Shown here: positions 27,132-41,419 of the stretch, in pieces
Layout: every line of letters starts with the position of its first letter
Position numbering within the stretch: the stretch's first letter is position 1
DNA from: Laetmonice hystrix
Lineage: Eukaryota
Direction of reading: 5' to 3'
Assembly: GCA_965235115.1 (NCBI GenBank)
Contig: OZ249436.1
Span: 17,858,001 to 17,918,000 of the forward strand
DNA: 60,000 nt
The notes under the pieces: model-generated
The model's database searches: none
Told to the model about the DNA's origin: nothing
The model's input: the letters and a program-made list of their open reading frames with translations, nothing else
Translations under genes and position numbers: made by a program

Positions 27132-29974
27132 TCAATTCGCCGCCATCACAGGACCTGACGGGTTTCCCAACCTGAGACGGTCCCCACCCTTCCCGGCCGA
27201 TTATTAGAGTTTTGCCCAATGTTTATCCCGCCCCTACAACATTCCTGGAACTGCAGCTCTTACCTATAGCTACTTGTACATGTAGCCCATGTTGCTGCCG
27301 TTATATGGCAATTGTCTCAAAGGTGATAAACTCTCCCAGACCCATAAACGTATGCATAGGCCTACGTTGAAAACTCCACCACAGCGGTGGTTTTGTTAAA
27401 CATTCTTTTTTAATAGATTTCGGGAGTGTCGCACTTCGTAAGCAATTTGCCAAGCAGGAAGAGAATATATGCAGAAACAGAGTGAGCAAGTGTTCCAGGA
27501 AGTGATGTCAATGATGTGAACCTCTGCCGCAGGAAAACATGGACCATTTCAATGAGGTCGGGACTTGAGCAATGGAACTGATCCATCCCCCTGGTGGTGA
27601 CGTCCAGCGAACAGCAGTCAGGTGTCACCCCATCCCGGCAGGAGATTGGAATCTTCACAATGGACACCGGAAGTTGAAGTGGTGAGGGCGAGGTGACGAC
27701 AAGAGCGAGGCTCGTGCCGTGATTGTGTCGTCATCCCGACACGAGCGCCATCTAGCGGCCCGCGTCCCTGGCTCGTCTTTGTCAGTCACATGACCTGAGG
27801 ACAAAAGAGTTTTTGTCAGTTCTATCCGCAGAGATTAGATTCTTGGAGAAAATGTTTAAAGGTACAAGTCCCGCAGTTAATGTTAAGAGCGTATAGCAGG
27901 GGCGTCTAAGACCAAAATAATTATTTTATGCTTAGAAAAAAACATGAAGATTATATCGACTTTATGTACACGTGTGGACGAATTCTAGGAAAACTCAATC
28001 AAAGATGTTTTCGACTTCTCCATTTCTTCCCAAGACTGTCCTTCATGACTGATTATTAAAGCCGTACTGTCGTTGAGCCCTACTGTTCGATGGCATTCCC
28101 CTTCCCGAGGGCCACATGTATCCACAGTAAGATACATCCATGTATGAATTTTTGAAGTCGGCTGAAAGGCGCCTCAGCACGTCTCCAGGCGGGCACTCCG
28201 GATCAAGATGTATGTCCTCTGAGCTCCTCGTCCTTATCTAGCCGTAAAGATGATTCCGCAGTGATAGGTACAGGGGGTGAGACTGGAGCCCCTTGCAGTC
28301 CACCCCCATCTAAGGTCAGACCCCGCTGAGTCAATTTCCTTCATCTGGACGCCCTTTCCTTTCACAGGGACAGTATTAGTCCAGTTATACCGTAGATTGC
28401 TGCTCTCCGAGCAAAACCAATTACAACATCAAATTCCCTCTATTGACGACAGACCCAAGTCCTCCGCTACAAGCTGCCATTTCATGCCCTGGGAAGCGAA
28501 TTGTAACTCCTGCCATGGCTGGGGCACTGCTGACATAATGACATGAGGTTTGCTGGCTACAATCCTGACACGATAACAGCGTTAAAAGCCAGGTCCTTCA
28601 TACACAGCCGCTGTCTTCAGCCGTGGATTCTGCCACGTCTCAATATTCTGTGTCACAATTTGGGGATCTGTAATTATGTTTTTCATCAGAATGATTTTAG
28701 GGCCGCATTTGATATTACCCATATTTGATAACTGGGTCAGGCCTCTGATCCTAAATATGTCATCTCTGTAAAGGTAGCAATTCCGTTTCCACCGGGGCGT
28801 CCACGTTTCCCTCCGGGGTATCTTGTATTCAGTGGGTTCAGAAGAAAGGCAGCGTTCGGTGGATGATTTGAGTTGACCTATTCATCCAACCAGCGCCCTC
28901 TATGGTCGGCTATCAGAACCCGGCGCCTTCCATCGACTGTCCGCGCACATTCTGCCCCTCCTGGCCTCCACCATTTTCCCGCCAACTTCTCCTCATCTGC
29001 TTTGTTGCCCAAAGTTCGTCTGCTCAGGAATCTGGGTCATTTCCTAGTCAGGAAGATGTCCGTACGGTTTGAAACTGTCATTTCCCTGAGGAAATTGCCG
29101 GAATTTTCAGATACCAAAGCCTCGAACTAATCTACCGCCTGCCACCCGTGGAGAACGACTACGATACGACGCGCCTGGATATTACGGAGAACTCAGGCAA
29201 TTTTTAAGACTTTGTCAACTACCTCTTCTTTTTTTCGCTTTTTATTGGGTTAGTTTTAGTACCGAGAACTCAGAGTGAAGGGCAATAAATGATGTACGCT
29301 TAGATACAGGGTCGTATGACCGCAGGAGAATAGAGAAACTTGGCTTCCAGTATTGGCTTGAATGACAAATGCCTCTTTAGAGACTATTTTTTTATAGGTA
29401 TGTCTCATTCCTGTAAATCCATGCACTCACCCTCTGATCAACTTCAATGACATATAACTGTACGAGTCAACATTCTGGTATATAGTCTTGAATATCCCCT
29501 TCAATATTTCGTCTTGATGCTGTTGAGTTTGTCCTGTTAAACGTGCCCTTCTCTTCTTTTGCACCATAAAAGTAAGAGTGGTTGAGCTGGCGTCACTTAT
29601 GAAAGCACTGATCGAGCACCAGGACAGGACCTGGTACTACATGCGTCTCGTTATATTGTGTCAGGACAAACCAGAGGACTTTGAAGTTGAACTAGGGTCA
29701 CGAACCATCAATGCAGGGTTCTCCAAGACATCCGTTTGGCCGATTTCAACCGGTGTGGACTTCTAAGCGGATTTCGCTATCTTACCCGCTTCACCAGTTC
29801 CGCCACGAAATGCACTTTTGCACCGTTTTCATTTCACCGCGGTAGATTCTCGGCTAGAAGCATGATCAAAGCTTCCTGTTAAAGGGGCAGGAAACGTCTC
29901 TCAGCGCGGAGGGTGTGCGCCAGGACTACAGAGGGTCCGTGTTAGAAAGAGGAAGAACGACAGCTCGCCTCGCC

Positions 29975-30102
29975 TCCCTTCTCTTTCCCTCAATCTCTCT
30001 CCTCTCTCTCCCTCCCTCTCTCCATCTCTCCCTCTCTCCTTTCCCTGTCTCTCTCCCTCCGTCTCTCCTCTCTCTCTTCCTCTCTCGCTCTCCCTATCTC
30101 TC
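29975..30102. repeat. CT-rich low-complexity tract
   Basis: Polypyrimidine/(CT)n. Confidence 0.85.
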
Positions 30103-30261
30103 ACCTGAACAGGTACACAAATAGGCGTGGACAGGTAGAAGGGGTCATGTGGACAGGGGGGTCAGCGCGGGTGTTATACGGACCTCTGTGGTCGGCCTAT
30201 GTATACAAACAAAGGACTGGTCTCAGCCCGAACACAACAAACATCGACGTTAGTGTACCGT

Positions 30262-32470
30262 GTGTGTCTGTACCAGAGCCAGGTATGTGTCTGTACCAGA
30301 GCCAGGTATGTGTCTGTACCAGAGCCAGGTATGTGTCTGTACCAGAGCCAGGTATGTGACTGTACCAGTCAGGTATGTGTCTGTACCAGAGCCAGGTATG
30401 TGTCTGTACCAGAGCCAGGTATGTGTCTGTACCAGAGCCAGGTATGTGTCTGTACCAGAGTCAGGTATGTGTCTGTACCAGAGCCAGGTATGTGTCTGTA
30501 CCAGAGTCAGGTATGTGTCTGTACCAGAGCCAGGTATGTGTCTGTACCAGAGCCAGGTATGTGTCTGTACCAGAGCCAGGTATGTGTCTGTACCAGAGCC
30601 AGGTATGTGTCTGTACCAGAGCCAGGTATGTGTTTGTACCAGAGCCAGGTATGTGTCTGTACCAGAGTCAGGGATGTGTCTGTACCAGAGCCAGGTATGT
30701 GTCTGTACCAGAGCCAGGTATGTGTCTGTACCAGAGCCAGGTATGTGTCTGTACAAGAGTCAGGTATGTGTCTGTACCAGAGTCAGGTATGTGTCTGCAC
30801 CAGAATCAGGTATGTGTCTGCACCAGAGTCAGGTATGTGTCTGTACCAGAGCCAGGTATGTGTCTGTGCCAGAGCCAGGTATGTTTCTGTGCCAGAGCCA
30901 GGTATGTGTCTGTACCAGAGCCAGGTATGTGTCTGTACCAGAGACAGGTATGTGTCTGTACCAGAGCCAGGTATGTATCTGTACAAGAGTCAGGTATGTG
31001 TCTGTATCAGAGCCAGGTATGTGTCTGTACCACAGCCAGGTATGTGTCTGTACAAGAGTCAGGTATGTGTCTGTACCAGAGTCAGGTATGTGTCTGTACC
31101 AGAATCAGGAATGTGTCTGCACCAGAGTCAGGTATGTGTCTGTACCAGAGCCAGCTAGGTATGTGACTGTACCAGAGTCAGGTATGTGTCTGTACCAGAG
31201 CCAGCTAGGTATGTGACTGTACCAGAGTCAGGTATGTGTCTGTATCAGAGCCAGGTATGTGTCTGTACCAGAGCCAGGTATGTATCTGTACAAGAGTCAG
31301 GTATGTGTCTGTACCAGAGTCAGGTATGTGTCTGTACTAGAGCCAGGCATGTGTCTGTACCAGAGCCAGGTATGTGTCTGTGCCAGAGCCAGGTATGTGT
31401 CTGTATCAGAGCCAGGTATGTGTTTGTACCAGAGCCAGGTATGTGTCTGTACCAGAGTCAGGTATGTGTCTGCACCAGAATCAGGTATGTGTCTGCACCA
31501 GAGTCAGGTATGTGTCTGTACCAGAGCCAGGTATGTGTCTGTGCCAGAGCCAGGTATGTTTCTGTACCAGAGCCAGGTATGTGTCTGTACCAGAGCCAGG
31601 TATGTGTCTGTACCAGAGCCAGGTATGTGTCTGTGCCAGAGCCAGGTATGTTTCTGTGCCAGAGCCAGGTATGTGTCTGTACCAGAGCCAGGTATGTGTC
31701 TGTGCCAGAGCCAGGTATGTGTCTGTACCAGAGCCAGGTATGTGTCTGTACCAGAGCCAGGTATGTGTCTGTACCAGAGCCAGGTATGTATCTGTACAAG
31801 AGTCAGGTATGTGTCTGTATCAGAGCCAGGTATGTGTCTGTACCACAGCCAGGTATGTGTCTGTACAAGAGTCAGGTATGTGTCTGTACCAGAGTCAGGT
31901 ATGTGTCTGTACCAGAGCCAGGTATGTGTCTGTGCCAGAGCCAGGTATGTGTCTGTACCAGAGTCAGGTATGTGTCTGTACCAGAGCCAGGTATGTGTCT
32001 GTGCCAGAGCCAGGTATGTGTCTGTGCCAGAGCCAGGTATGTGTCTGTATCAGAGCCAGGTATGTGTCTGTATCAGAGCCAGGTATGTGTCTGTACCAGA
32101 GCCAGGTATGTATCTGTACAAGAGTCAGGTATGTGTCTGTACCAGAGTCACGTATGTGTCTGTACTAGAGCCAGGCATGTGTCTGTACCAGAGCCAGGTA
32201 TGTATCTGTACAAGAGTCAGGTATGTGTCTGTACCAGAGTCAGGTATGTGTCTGTACCAGAGTCACGTATGTGTCTGTACTAGAGCCAGGCATGTGTCTG
32301 TACCAGAGCCAGGTATGTATCTGTACAAGAGTCAGGTATGTGTCTGTATCAGAGCCAGGTATGTATCTATACCAGAGCCAGGTATGTGTCTGTGCCAGAG
32401 CCAGGTATGTGTCTGTATCAGAGCCAGGTATGTCTCTATACAAGAGTCAGGTATGTGTCTGAGCCAGGTA
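30262..32470. repeat. Minisatellite, 23-bp unit, ~95 copies
   Basis: GTGTCTGTACCAGAGCCAGGTAT; explains all ORFs in 30199-32737. Confidence 0.97.
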
Positions 32471-32682
32471 CATGTTTGCGAGGACGGGGGCGATGACATG
32501 AATAAGTTAAGAGAACGCTTGAAAGCTTTCTTCGCCACGAGAAGCCCAATTGTTATCTCACAGATCTCACCCTTTTTGTCTGTCTACATACATTTATCAT
32601 ACTGTACACCCACCGATATATTATATGTAAACAGTTTAGTCACTTGTAGGATTCCCTTGAGGTATATTTGTGTATTCCAGAC

Positions 32683-33072
32683 AAAATGGATGAATAAACG
32701 ACTGAGTCAATCAATGTACAAACAAACAAATGGATGAATAAACGACTGAGTCAATCAGTGTACAAACAAACAAATGGATGAATAAACGACTGAGTCAATC
32801 AGTGTACAAACAAACAAATGGATGAATAAACGACTGAGTCAATCAATGTACAAACAAACAAATGGATGAATAAACGACTGAGTCAATCAATGTACAAACA
32901 AACAAATGGATGAATAAACGACTGAGTCAATCAATGTACAAACAAACAAATGGATGAATAAACGTCAATGTACAAACACACAAACAAACAAACGAACGAA
33001 CAACCAAACAAACCAATTAACAAATACAAATAAATAAATAAATAAAAAAAAAAATAAATAAATAAATAAATA
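32683..33072. repeat. 44-bp minisatellite (~6.5 copies) followed by an (AAAC)n/(AAAT)n tail
   Basis: TGGATGAATAAACGACTGAGTCAATCAATGTACAAACAAACAAA. Confidence 0.95.
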
Positions 33073-33372
33073 AGGGTGGTCTAGGCATATTGCTTGTGAT
33101 AGATCTGCATTCGAAGCAAATATACTCCACAATTCTGGACCTCTTCTCTCAGTTTTTGGTGTAGGAATCCCGTTATCTGCACTAGTAGGTTCATCATGCG
33201 ACCTTCTCAACTTTGTAGTATGTTACAGTCCACATGAATGAGGGTCCAAACCCACGTTGTCTGCCCTGAATACTCTTGTTTTTATGTCTTGGTAGATTGT
33301 AACACGGTAGCCTTGCTGAGATAGCAGCCGAGTTTCTGTTCGCGTGTACGGTCTATGACAGAATATCTGATC

Positions 33373-33438
33373 GGCGGGGTGGCGGGGGGGGGGGGTGGAT
33401 TTGGTGGGGGGTGGGGGGGGGGGGGTGGGGGAGGCGGG
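33373..33438 (+). repeat. G-rich tract (potential G-quadruplex)
   Basis: Multiple long G runs. Confidence 0.8.
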
Positions 33439-34799
33439 ATCACGGTAGCTTTAGCGGGGCGTGTCCGGTGGTCAGTGGTGAATTAACCGTACAACCCAGG
33501 GAGATTTAGCCCCGCTGAGTTGTTAATACGCACGACGCATACGGAACAGGGCAGATTTCCGTGTGGCTAGTACAGTACAAAAGGCATAGAAGTGTTCCGG
33601 CAGACACAAAAGTCGTTAAAAACTATCAAACTATAGACAGGCATCTGAGCAATTTGTATGACTGCAGGGCAAAGGTCTTTGTGTGACTTTATCATATTTC
33701 AATAGATATAAACATTGGCTCAGGAATCAAAGTGCTAAATTCACACCACGGTGAAATTGTCTGATGGAATCCTGTTGACCTTCCGAACGAGTTTATGATT
33801 GGAAGAGTCGGTTGTCGTGACGCAGGAGTGGCCGCGGCCTGGCGCGATATCATAACGAGACGATGCTGTGACGTAGACAAGTCTCGCGAGATCAGGGCCA
33901 CGGGCACGTTCTCGGCACGAGACGGCAGTGATAGGGATAATGATATATGTAGTCAGGCTATCACATTATTACCACAGCCGCGCAGGGCACGTGTGGCAGT
34001 CTGCATGTACAGTAGTGTGTTTATAGATTTCAAACTCCTGTTAAAAGGTCTATTAATGCTGCCTATGTGTCGCAGTCGTAAACATGCCTAGGCTACTGAC
34101 ATGAAGACAAATAAATTAAAGTATGGCTCTGTGCCTCCACTAATAAAGTCAGCCTCGTACCTGATGTATGTAATGGTAGATGACACTATATAACCCTCTC
34201 CTATTACCAAGGGATAGCGCGCTTAAATATATTAGAACAATATGTATAAGAGGGAATAAATAAGAAGGGAGTGCTACCTGAGGGTTAATAATAATAGGGG
34301 CCTACACTGAATAGGAATAGATGGCCAATACCTCTACATAAATATTATATTCTTCCAGTGTACTTCAACGTTTACTGAATTGTGTGACGAGGGTTTGGAT
34401 CGCACGGAGTGGTACGGTGACTTCAGCTGCAGCAACATAGGATGAATATTAGAAATGTTCATCTGTGCATGCGCATGCATGTCTGTATTCGTGCCAGCCT
34501 TGATGTCGTACAGGCACCCATGTACAGGCAGATGTCGATTTATTCTCTCATCTCTCACCAATCTTACATTCTGTGCGCCAGCACTGCCAGTGGTCAGCCA
34601 GCAACATGCCATGCTTGAGTGTCGTACATGCGCCCGTGTATTCTGCTGGGTAACCGCGAACAAAAATTGATATCCTTGCAAGTTAGCGATAAAAAATATC
34701 AGCATGAAATTACTTCACATCAGACACATCAGGCAATACTCGTGCAAAGGGCACGTGTCCAGAGACTGTGAGAACTATTCGACTCAGGAGGGGGGACTG

Positions 34800-34890
34800 G
34801 AGAGAGAGACAGACAGAGAGAGAAACAGAGAGACAGAGAGAGAGAAATAGGGAAGAGAGAGACAGAGAGAGAAACAGAGAGAGACAGAGA
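34800..34890. repeat. AG-rich microsatellite
   Basis: Degenerate (AG)n/(AGAC)n. Confidence 0.9.
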
Positions 34891-35083
34891 AAATAAGACA
34901 CGATTAACATCATGGTTGGTTAGTTAATATCACAGCAATTTGAGTTTGTTTATTCACTGACGAAATGAGATAGACCCAGTCGGCTGTTATTTGTTTAATT
35001 ATTATGAGGAAATCAGACATTTCTAGCCAGTCTGTAGCTGAAATCGCTATCACTCCTAAGGCCGTCCATGGTCCGGTTTCACC

Positions 35084-35134
35084 GTCCGGTCCGGTCCGGT
35101 CCGGTCCGGTCCGGTCCGGTCCGATCCGGTCCGG
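35084..35134. repeat. (GTCCG)n pentanucleotide repeat, possibly within a MITE remnant
   Basis: CCGGTCCGGTCCGGT run. Confidence 0.85.
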
Positions 35135-35981
35135 TTTCCGGTCCGTTTTTATCCAACTACATGTGTATAGTATTAATTCATTGTGTCGTTTCCATGGGTC
35201 CGTTTTGCCGTCCGGTAACTAATATTTCCAACATCGATCAGTGTATATGCTCTCTTCCTGCCCATATTCTGAAGAACCCGTCTTAAAACAAAAGTTTTAG
35301 AGTCTGCCACCAACAACCAAAAACTGCCCCGGTGATTACGATATTTGCATAAGCCATTCTGACTTAATTAGCTACAATGTTTAGCAAGTCATGTCATTGT
35401 CTTGTATTATGGGTGGTCCCGTTTGTATTGTTACTTTTTGTGGGCGTGGAGGGTGGAGGGGAATAGTGGGCCGGCGAGTTCAAGGTCATGGCTTGGTGGG
35501 GTCAAGGTCACTATGTTAGCGGCCAAGGACGAGCTGGGTACATGGGTTTATTCATATGGAGTAAAGTCTGGGTTAGAATGTCCTGTCCCTGTATTCCATT
35601 AACTCACCTGTCTGAGACTGTCCCCATTAACCCCCAGACCATTCATGACGGCCATCTTAGATACCCCAAAATACCCCAGCCTTCGACCCCTGAGGGGTCA
35701 AAGGTCAAATCCTACTTCCTTGTACATGGGGTCAACCACTAGGTGACTAATATGTTCATTTATAATAATTTAATTGTATGATCTATGAAAAGGGTCAGAA
35801 AATTGTAAAAATAATTAGGAAAATAGGAAGAGGGAATGAGACCAGAGACCAGCAAGTCATGAAGTCATGAAGTTTCAATAAGCGTGTATACGAGCAAGCC
35901 ATGAAACTACCCACACCCTATAGTGGCAGGTGGTTCCATTGTAGTCACAGTAACCGATATATAAATCATGGTTAACCCACA

Positions 35982-36510
35982 CCCCCATCACAACACGATA
36001 CTCCACCCTCTGTGCCATAGAAACACGGGGTGAGTCTCCTCCCCATCACAACACGATACTCCACCCTCTGTGTCATAGAAACACGGGGTGAGTCTCCTCC
36101 CCCATCACAACACGATACTCCACCCTCTGTGTCATAGAAACACGGGGTGAGTCTCCTACCCCATCACAACACGATACTCCACCCTCTGTGTCATAGAAAC
36201 ACGGGGTGAGTCTCCCCCCCCCCATCACAACACGATACTCCACCCTCTGTGTCATAGAAACACGGGGTGAGTCTCCTCCCCATCACAACACGATACTCCA
36301 CCCTCTGTGTCATAGAAACACGGGGTGAGTCTCCTCCCCATCACAACACGATACTCCACCCTCTGTGTCATAGAAACACGGGGTGAGTCTCCCATCACAA
36401 CACGATACTCCACCCTCTGTGTCATAGAAACACGGGGTGAGTCTCCTCCCCCATCACAACACGATACTCCACCCTCTGTGTCATAGAAACACGGGGTGAG
36501 TCTCTTACCC
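35982..36510. repeat. Minisatellite, ~58-bp unit (variable C-run), 9 copies
   Basis: CCCCATCACAACACGATACTCCACCCTCTGTGTCATAGAAACACGGGGTGAGTCTCCT. Confidence 0.96.
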
Positions 36511-37347
36511 TCATACACAGCCCCACCTACCGCTGGCACGCACACCCCTGCTGGGCCGGCTCCCCTCACATTGTCCCGATGTGATAGATCATGTGTAAAT
36601 GTAAATGCAAATTGACGGTCATAAATAAAATGCCTACCTGTGAAATTAATCGAGAACCGGCAGCTAATTAGCCATGAATATTCATAGTGGGCCCCGCCGC
36701 CACCATGATGGAGGGGAGGGCGGTGGGCCGTGATGATCAACGTACTCGATGTAGCCAAACAAGGTGAGACATCTGCATTGCAAATCTAAACGGAATGTTG
36801 GTATCCTGGTCTGTAGTGTTAGGACGAGACGGTGTCACAACAAGCTGGGAAGACAGGCAGCAATCTCAATCAAGCTTTTCACCCCTTTGTGGCATCAGGA
36901 ATTACAATAGGACGGTAGTCGGTTTTACATGTAGGGTGGCAGGTTGGAGGGTAGGGGTTAAAGGTTGAATATGTCCGGTGTGCTGGGACGACATATAGGC
37001 TAGGTTAACACCCCATGTGGCACAAACCTTCTCTCCCAGGGGGCTTGTAAAGCGTATGTTATTGTTAATTTTTTTCAATTGTGTTTTCAGGTGCATAAAA
37101 AAAGAATTTCTGGGGTCAGTTACTATGTTCTTTACAATACAATTGATGTGCGAATAATTTAAATGCAGGTCTATGAAATCTACGTGTGTGTTTAGATTCC
37201 CCAGTTCTAGTTAGGGCTGACAGTTTGTGCCTAGGGTTAAAATCAATGGCAGAACCACGTGTATCAAACTACCAGTACTACCACGTGGGCACTACTCTCT
37301 TGATTGGGTGCCGACATCTACCAGATCCGACACAAAATCAAGGTTGC

Positions 37348-40300
37348 CTGACGGGCACATGCCCCCAGCCCCCTTACAGAACCCCCTCCCCCACCCAACC
37401 AATCACTGACGGGCACATGCCTCCAGCCCCCTTACAGCACCCCCTCCCCCACCCAACCAATCACTGACGGGCACATGCCCCCAGCCCCCTTACAGCACCC
37501 CCTCCCCCACCCACCCACCCAATCACTGACGGGCACATGCCCCCAGCCCCCTTACAGAACCCCCTCCCCCACCCAACCAATCACTGACGGGCACATGCCC
37601 CCAGCCCCCTTACAGCACCCCCTCCCCCACCCACCCAATCACTGACGGGAACATGCCCCCAGCCCCCTTACAGCACCCCCTCCCCCACCCACCCAATCAC
37701 TGACGGGCACATGCCCCCAGTCCCCTTACAGCACCCCCTCCCTCACCCAACCAATCACTGACGGGCACATGCCCCCAGTCCCCTTACAGCACCCCCTCCC
37801 CCACCCACCCACCCAATCACTGACGGGCACATGCCCCCAGCCCCCTTACAGCACCCCCTCCCTCACCCAACCAATCACTGACGGGCACATGCCCCCAGTC
37901 CCCTTACAGCACCCCCTCCCCCACCCACCCACCCAATCACTGACGGGCACATGCCCCCAGCCCCCTTACAGCACCCCCTCCCCCACCCACCCAATCACTG
38001 ACGGGCACATGCCCCCAGCCCCCTTACAGCACCCCCTCCCCCACCCACCCAATCACTGACGGGAACATGCCCCCAGCCCCCTTACAGCACCCCCTCCCCC
38101 ACCCACCCAATCACTGACGGGCACATGCCCCCAGTCCCCTTACAGCACCCCCTCCCTCACCCAACCAATCACTGACGGGCACATGCCCCCAGTCCCCTTA
38201 CAGCACCCCCTCCCCCACCCACCCACCCAATCACTGACGGGCACATGCCCCCAGCCCCCTTACAGCACCCCCTCCCTCACCCAACCAATCACTGACGGGC
38301 ACATGCCCCCAGTCCCCTTACAGCACCCCCTCCCCCACCCACCCACCCAATCACTGACGGGCACATGCCCCCAGCCCCCTTACAGAACCCCCTCCCCCAC
38401 CCACCCAATCACTGACGGGCACATGCCCCCAGCCCCCTTACAGCACCCCCTCCCCCACCCACCCAATCACTGACGGGCACATGCCCCCAGACCCCTTACA
38501 GCACCCCCTCCCCCACCCACCCAATCACTGACGGGCACATGCCCCCAGCCCCCTTACAGCACCCCCTCCCCCACCCACCCAACCAATCACTGACGGGCAC
38601 ATGCCCCCAGACCCCTTACAGAACCCCCTCCCCCACCCACCCAATCACTGACGGGCACATACCCCCAGCCCCCTTACAGCACCCCCTCCCCCACCCACCC
38701 AACCAATCACTGACGGGCACATGCCCCCAGACCCCTTACAGAACCCCCTCCCCCACCCACCCAATCACTGACGGGCACATGCCCCCAGCCCCCTTACAGC
38801 ACCCCCTCCCCCACCCACCCAACCAATCACTGACGGGCACATGCCCCCAGCCCCCTTACAGCACCCCCTCCCCCACCCACCCACCCACCCACCCAATCAC
38901 TGACGGGCACATGCCCCCAGACCCCTTACAGAACCCCCTCCCCCACCCACCCAATCACTGACGGGCACATGCCCCCAGACCCCTTACAGCACCCCCTCCC
39001 CCACCCACCCAATCACTGACGGGCATATGCCCCCAGCCCCCTTACAGAACCCCCTCCCCCACCCACCCACCCAATCACTGACGGGAACATGCCCCCAGCC
39101 CCCTTACAGCACCCCCTCCCCCACCCACCCACCCAATCACTGACGGGAACATGCCCCCAGCCCCCTTACAGCACCCCCTCCCCCACCCACCCACCCAATC
39201 ACTGACGGGAACATGCCCCCAGCCCCCTTACAGCACCCCCTCCCCCACCCAACCACCCAATCACTGACGGGCACATGCCCCCAGCCCCCTTACAGAACCC
39301 CCTCCCCCACCCAACCAATCACTGACGGGCACATGCCCCCAGCCCCCTTACAGAACCCCCTCCCCCACCCACCCAATCACTGACGGGAACATGCCCCCAG
39401 CCCCCTTACAGCACCCCCTCCCCCACCCACCCACCCAATCACTGACGGGCACATGCCCCCAGCCCCCTTACAGAACCCCCTCCCTCACCCACCCAATCAC
39501 TGACGGGCACATGCCCCCAGTCCCCTTACAGCACCCCCTCCCCCACCCAACCAATCACTGACGGGCACATGCCCCCAGACCCCTTACAGAACCCCCTCCC
39601 CCACCCACCCAATCACTGACGGGCATATGCCCCCAGCCCCCTTACAGAACCCCCTCCCCCACCCACCCACCCAATCACTGACGGGCACATGCCCCCAGCC
39701 CCCTTACAGCACCCCCTCCCCCACCCACCCACCCAATCCTCACTGACGGGCACATGCCCCCAGCCCCCTTACAGCACCCCCTCCCCCACCCACCCACCCA
39801 ATCACTGACGGGCACATGCCCCCAGTCCCCTTACAGCACCCCCTCCCCCACCCACCCACCCAATCCTCACTGACGGGCACATGCCCCCAGCCCCCTTACA
39901 GCACCCCCTCCCCCACCCACCCACCCACCCACCCAATCACTGACGGGCACATGCCCCCAGCCCCCTTACAGCACCCCCTCCCCCACCCACCCACCCAATC
40001 ACTGACGGGCACATGCCCCCAGCCCCCTTACAGCACCCCCTCCCCCACCCAACCAATCACTGACGGGCACATGCCCCCAGCCCCCTTACAGCACCCCCTC
40101 CCCCACCCAACCACCCAATCACTGACGGGCACATGCCCCCAGCCCCCTTACAGCACCCCCTCCCCCACCCACCCAATCACTGACGGGCACATACCCCCAG
40201 CCCCCTTACAGCACCCCCTCCCCCACCCAACCAATCACTGACGGGCACATACCCCCAGCCCCCTTACAGCACCCCCTCCCCCACCCACCCAACCAATCAC

Positions 40301-40542
40301 TGACGGGCACATGCCCCCAGCCCCCTTACAGAACCCCCTCCCCCACCCAACCAATCACTGACGGGCACATACCCCCAGCCCCCTTACAGCACCCCCTCCC
40401 CCACCCACCCACCCAATCACTGACGGGCACATGCCCCCAGCCCCCTTACAGAACCCCCTCCCCCACCCAACCAATCACTGACGGGCACATGCCCCCAGAC
40501 CCCCCCCCCCAACCCATCCACACCCCCACCCACCCAATCACT
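37348..40542. repeat. C-rich minisatellite, 58/62-bp unit, ~53 copies
   Basis: ACTGACGGGCACATGCCCCCAGCCCCCTTACAGCACCCCCTCCCCCACCC(ACCC)ACCCAATC. Confidence 0.97.
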
Positions 40543-41419
40543 CCCGGGGGTTTTTCATGACTTCACTAACCGCAGATTTTCAGGATTCTGAAAACCATGT
40601 GTTTTGCCTTAGCTCTTTTGGCTGGAATTCATATTCTGCATCCTCTTCATCTGTTTCTCCAGCTCCAGCCGTTTAAAAAAAGTAAATTTGAAGAGTGCTA
40701 AGACACGGAATGCGTTTGTCTCGCTTGTATAATTTTGTAAACCTGGTATCTACCGAGACTTTATGATATTTTGTAAGGCTGCAAGCTAGAGGTAACCATG
40801 ATGAAGCAGTCGGTATTCTGTATGTTCTCGGGTAGAAAGCAGCCAGGCCGTGCCAGTCGACCACAGACCTATTGATCATGATATCGACATATACAACCAT
40901 TATGGCCGGAGAACCCGGGCAGGCCATGCGGGCGCCAGGCCGTGACACGGTGAACGGGAGCAGGAGAGTCAGCTGACCACATGAAAACCCACACCGTCCA
41001 CGTCCTGCAGATCTGGCACGGCTCCAGGACTGCGACGTTTACAGCCAATCAGTGACGTCCAATATCGGCTCTAGGGGTGCGAGTCTGGTCGACAGGCCGC
41101 GCTGATCAGACCCAGGTCGATCGTAACTCGCAGGAAAACAATCGCTGCTGACTGAGTCATATAGCTGCCGCAAGCTGGCACTTTGAGTATAAGTCCAGTT
41201 TCTCCCATGTCAGAGGCGCCGCTGCCGGGCGACCCTCCCCCCATTTTTAGTGGTGGCGTAAAAGGGTCAAAGGGAGGGGCGGCCCTGCCAATGGTAACAG
41301 TAAAAAAACTGGGAGTAGGGGTTAGGGGCAGGGCTCAGGTAGTTAAAATTATAGGGGGAGGTCTGGGGTAGATATCAATATATATGGGAATGTCTGGGGT
41401 AGATATAAATATAGGGTTT

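Noticed and set aside
28430..28540. Minus-strand peptide GMKWQLVAEDLGLS resembling a death-domain helix
   Set aside because: Only a few residues match, a stop follows almost immediately, and there is no splice context
30199..32737. Long Cys/Tyr-rich ORFs
   Set aside because: The 23-bp unit cycles through all frames; by-product of a stop-free monomer
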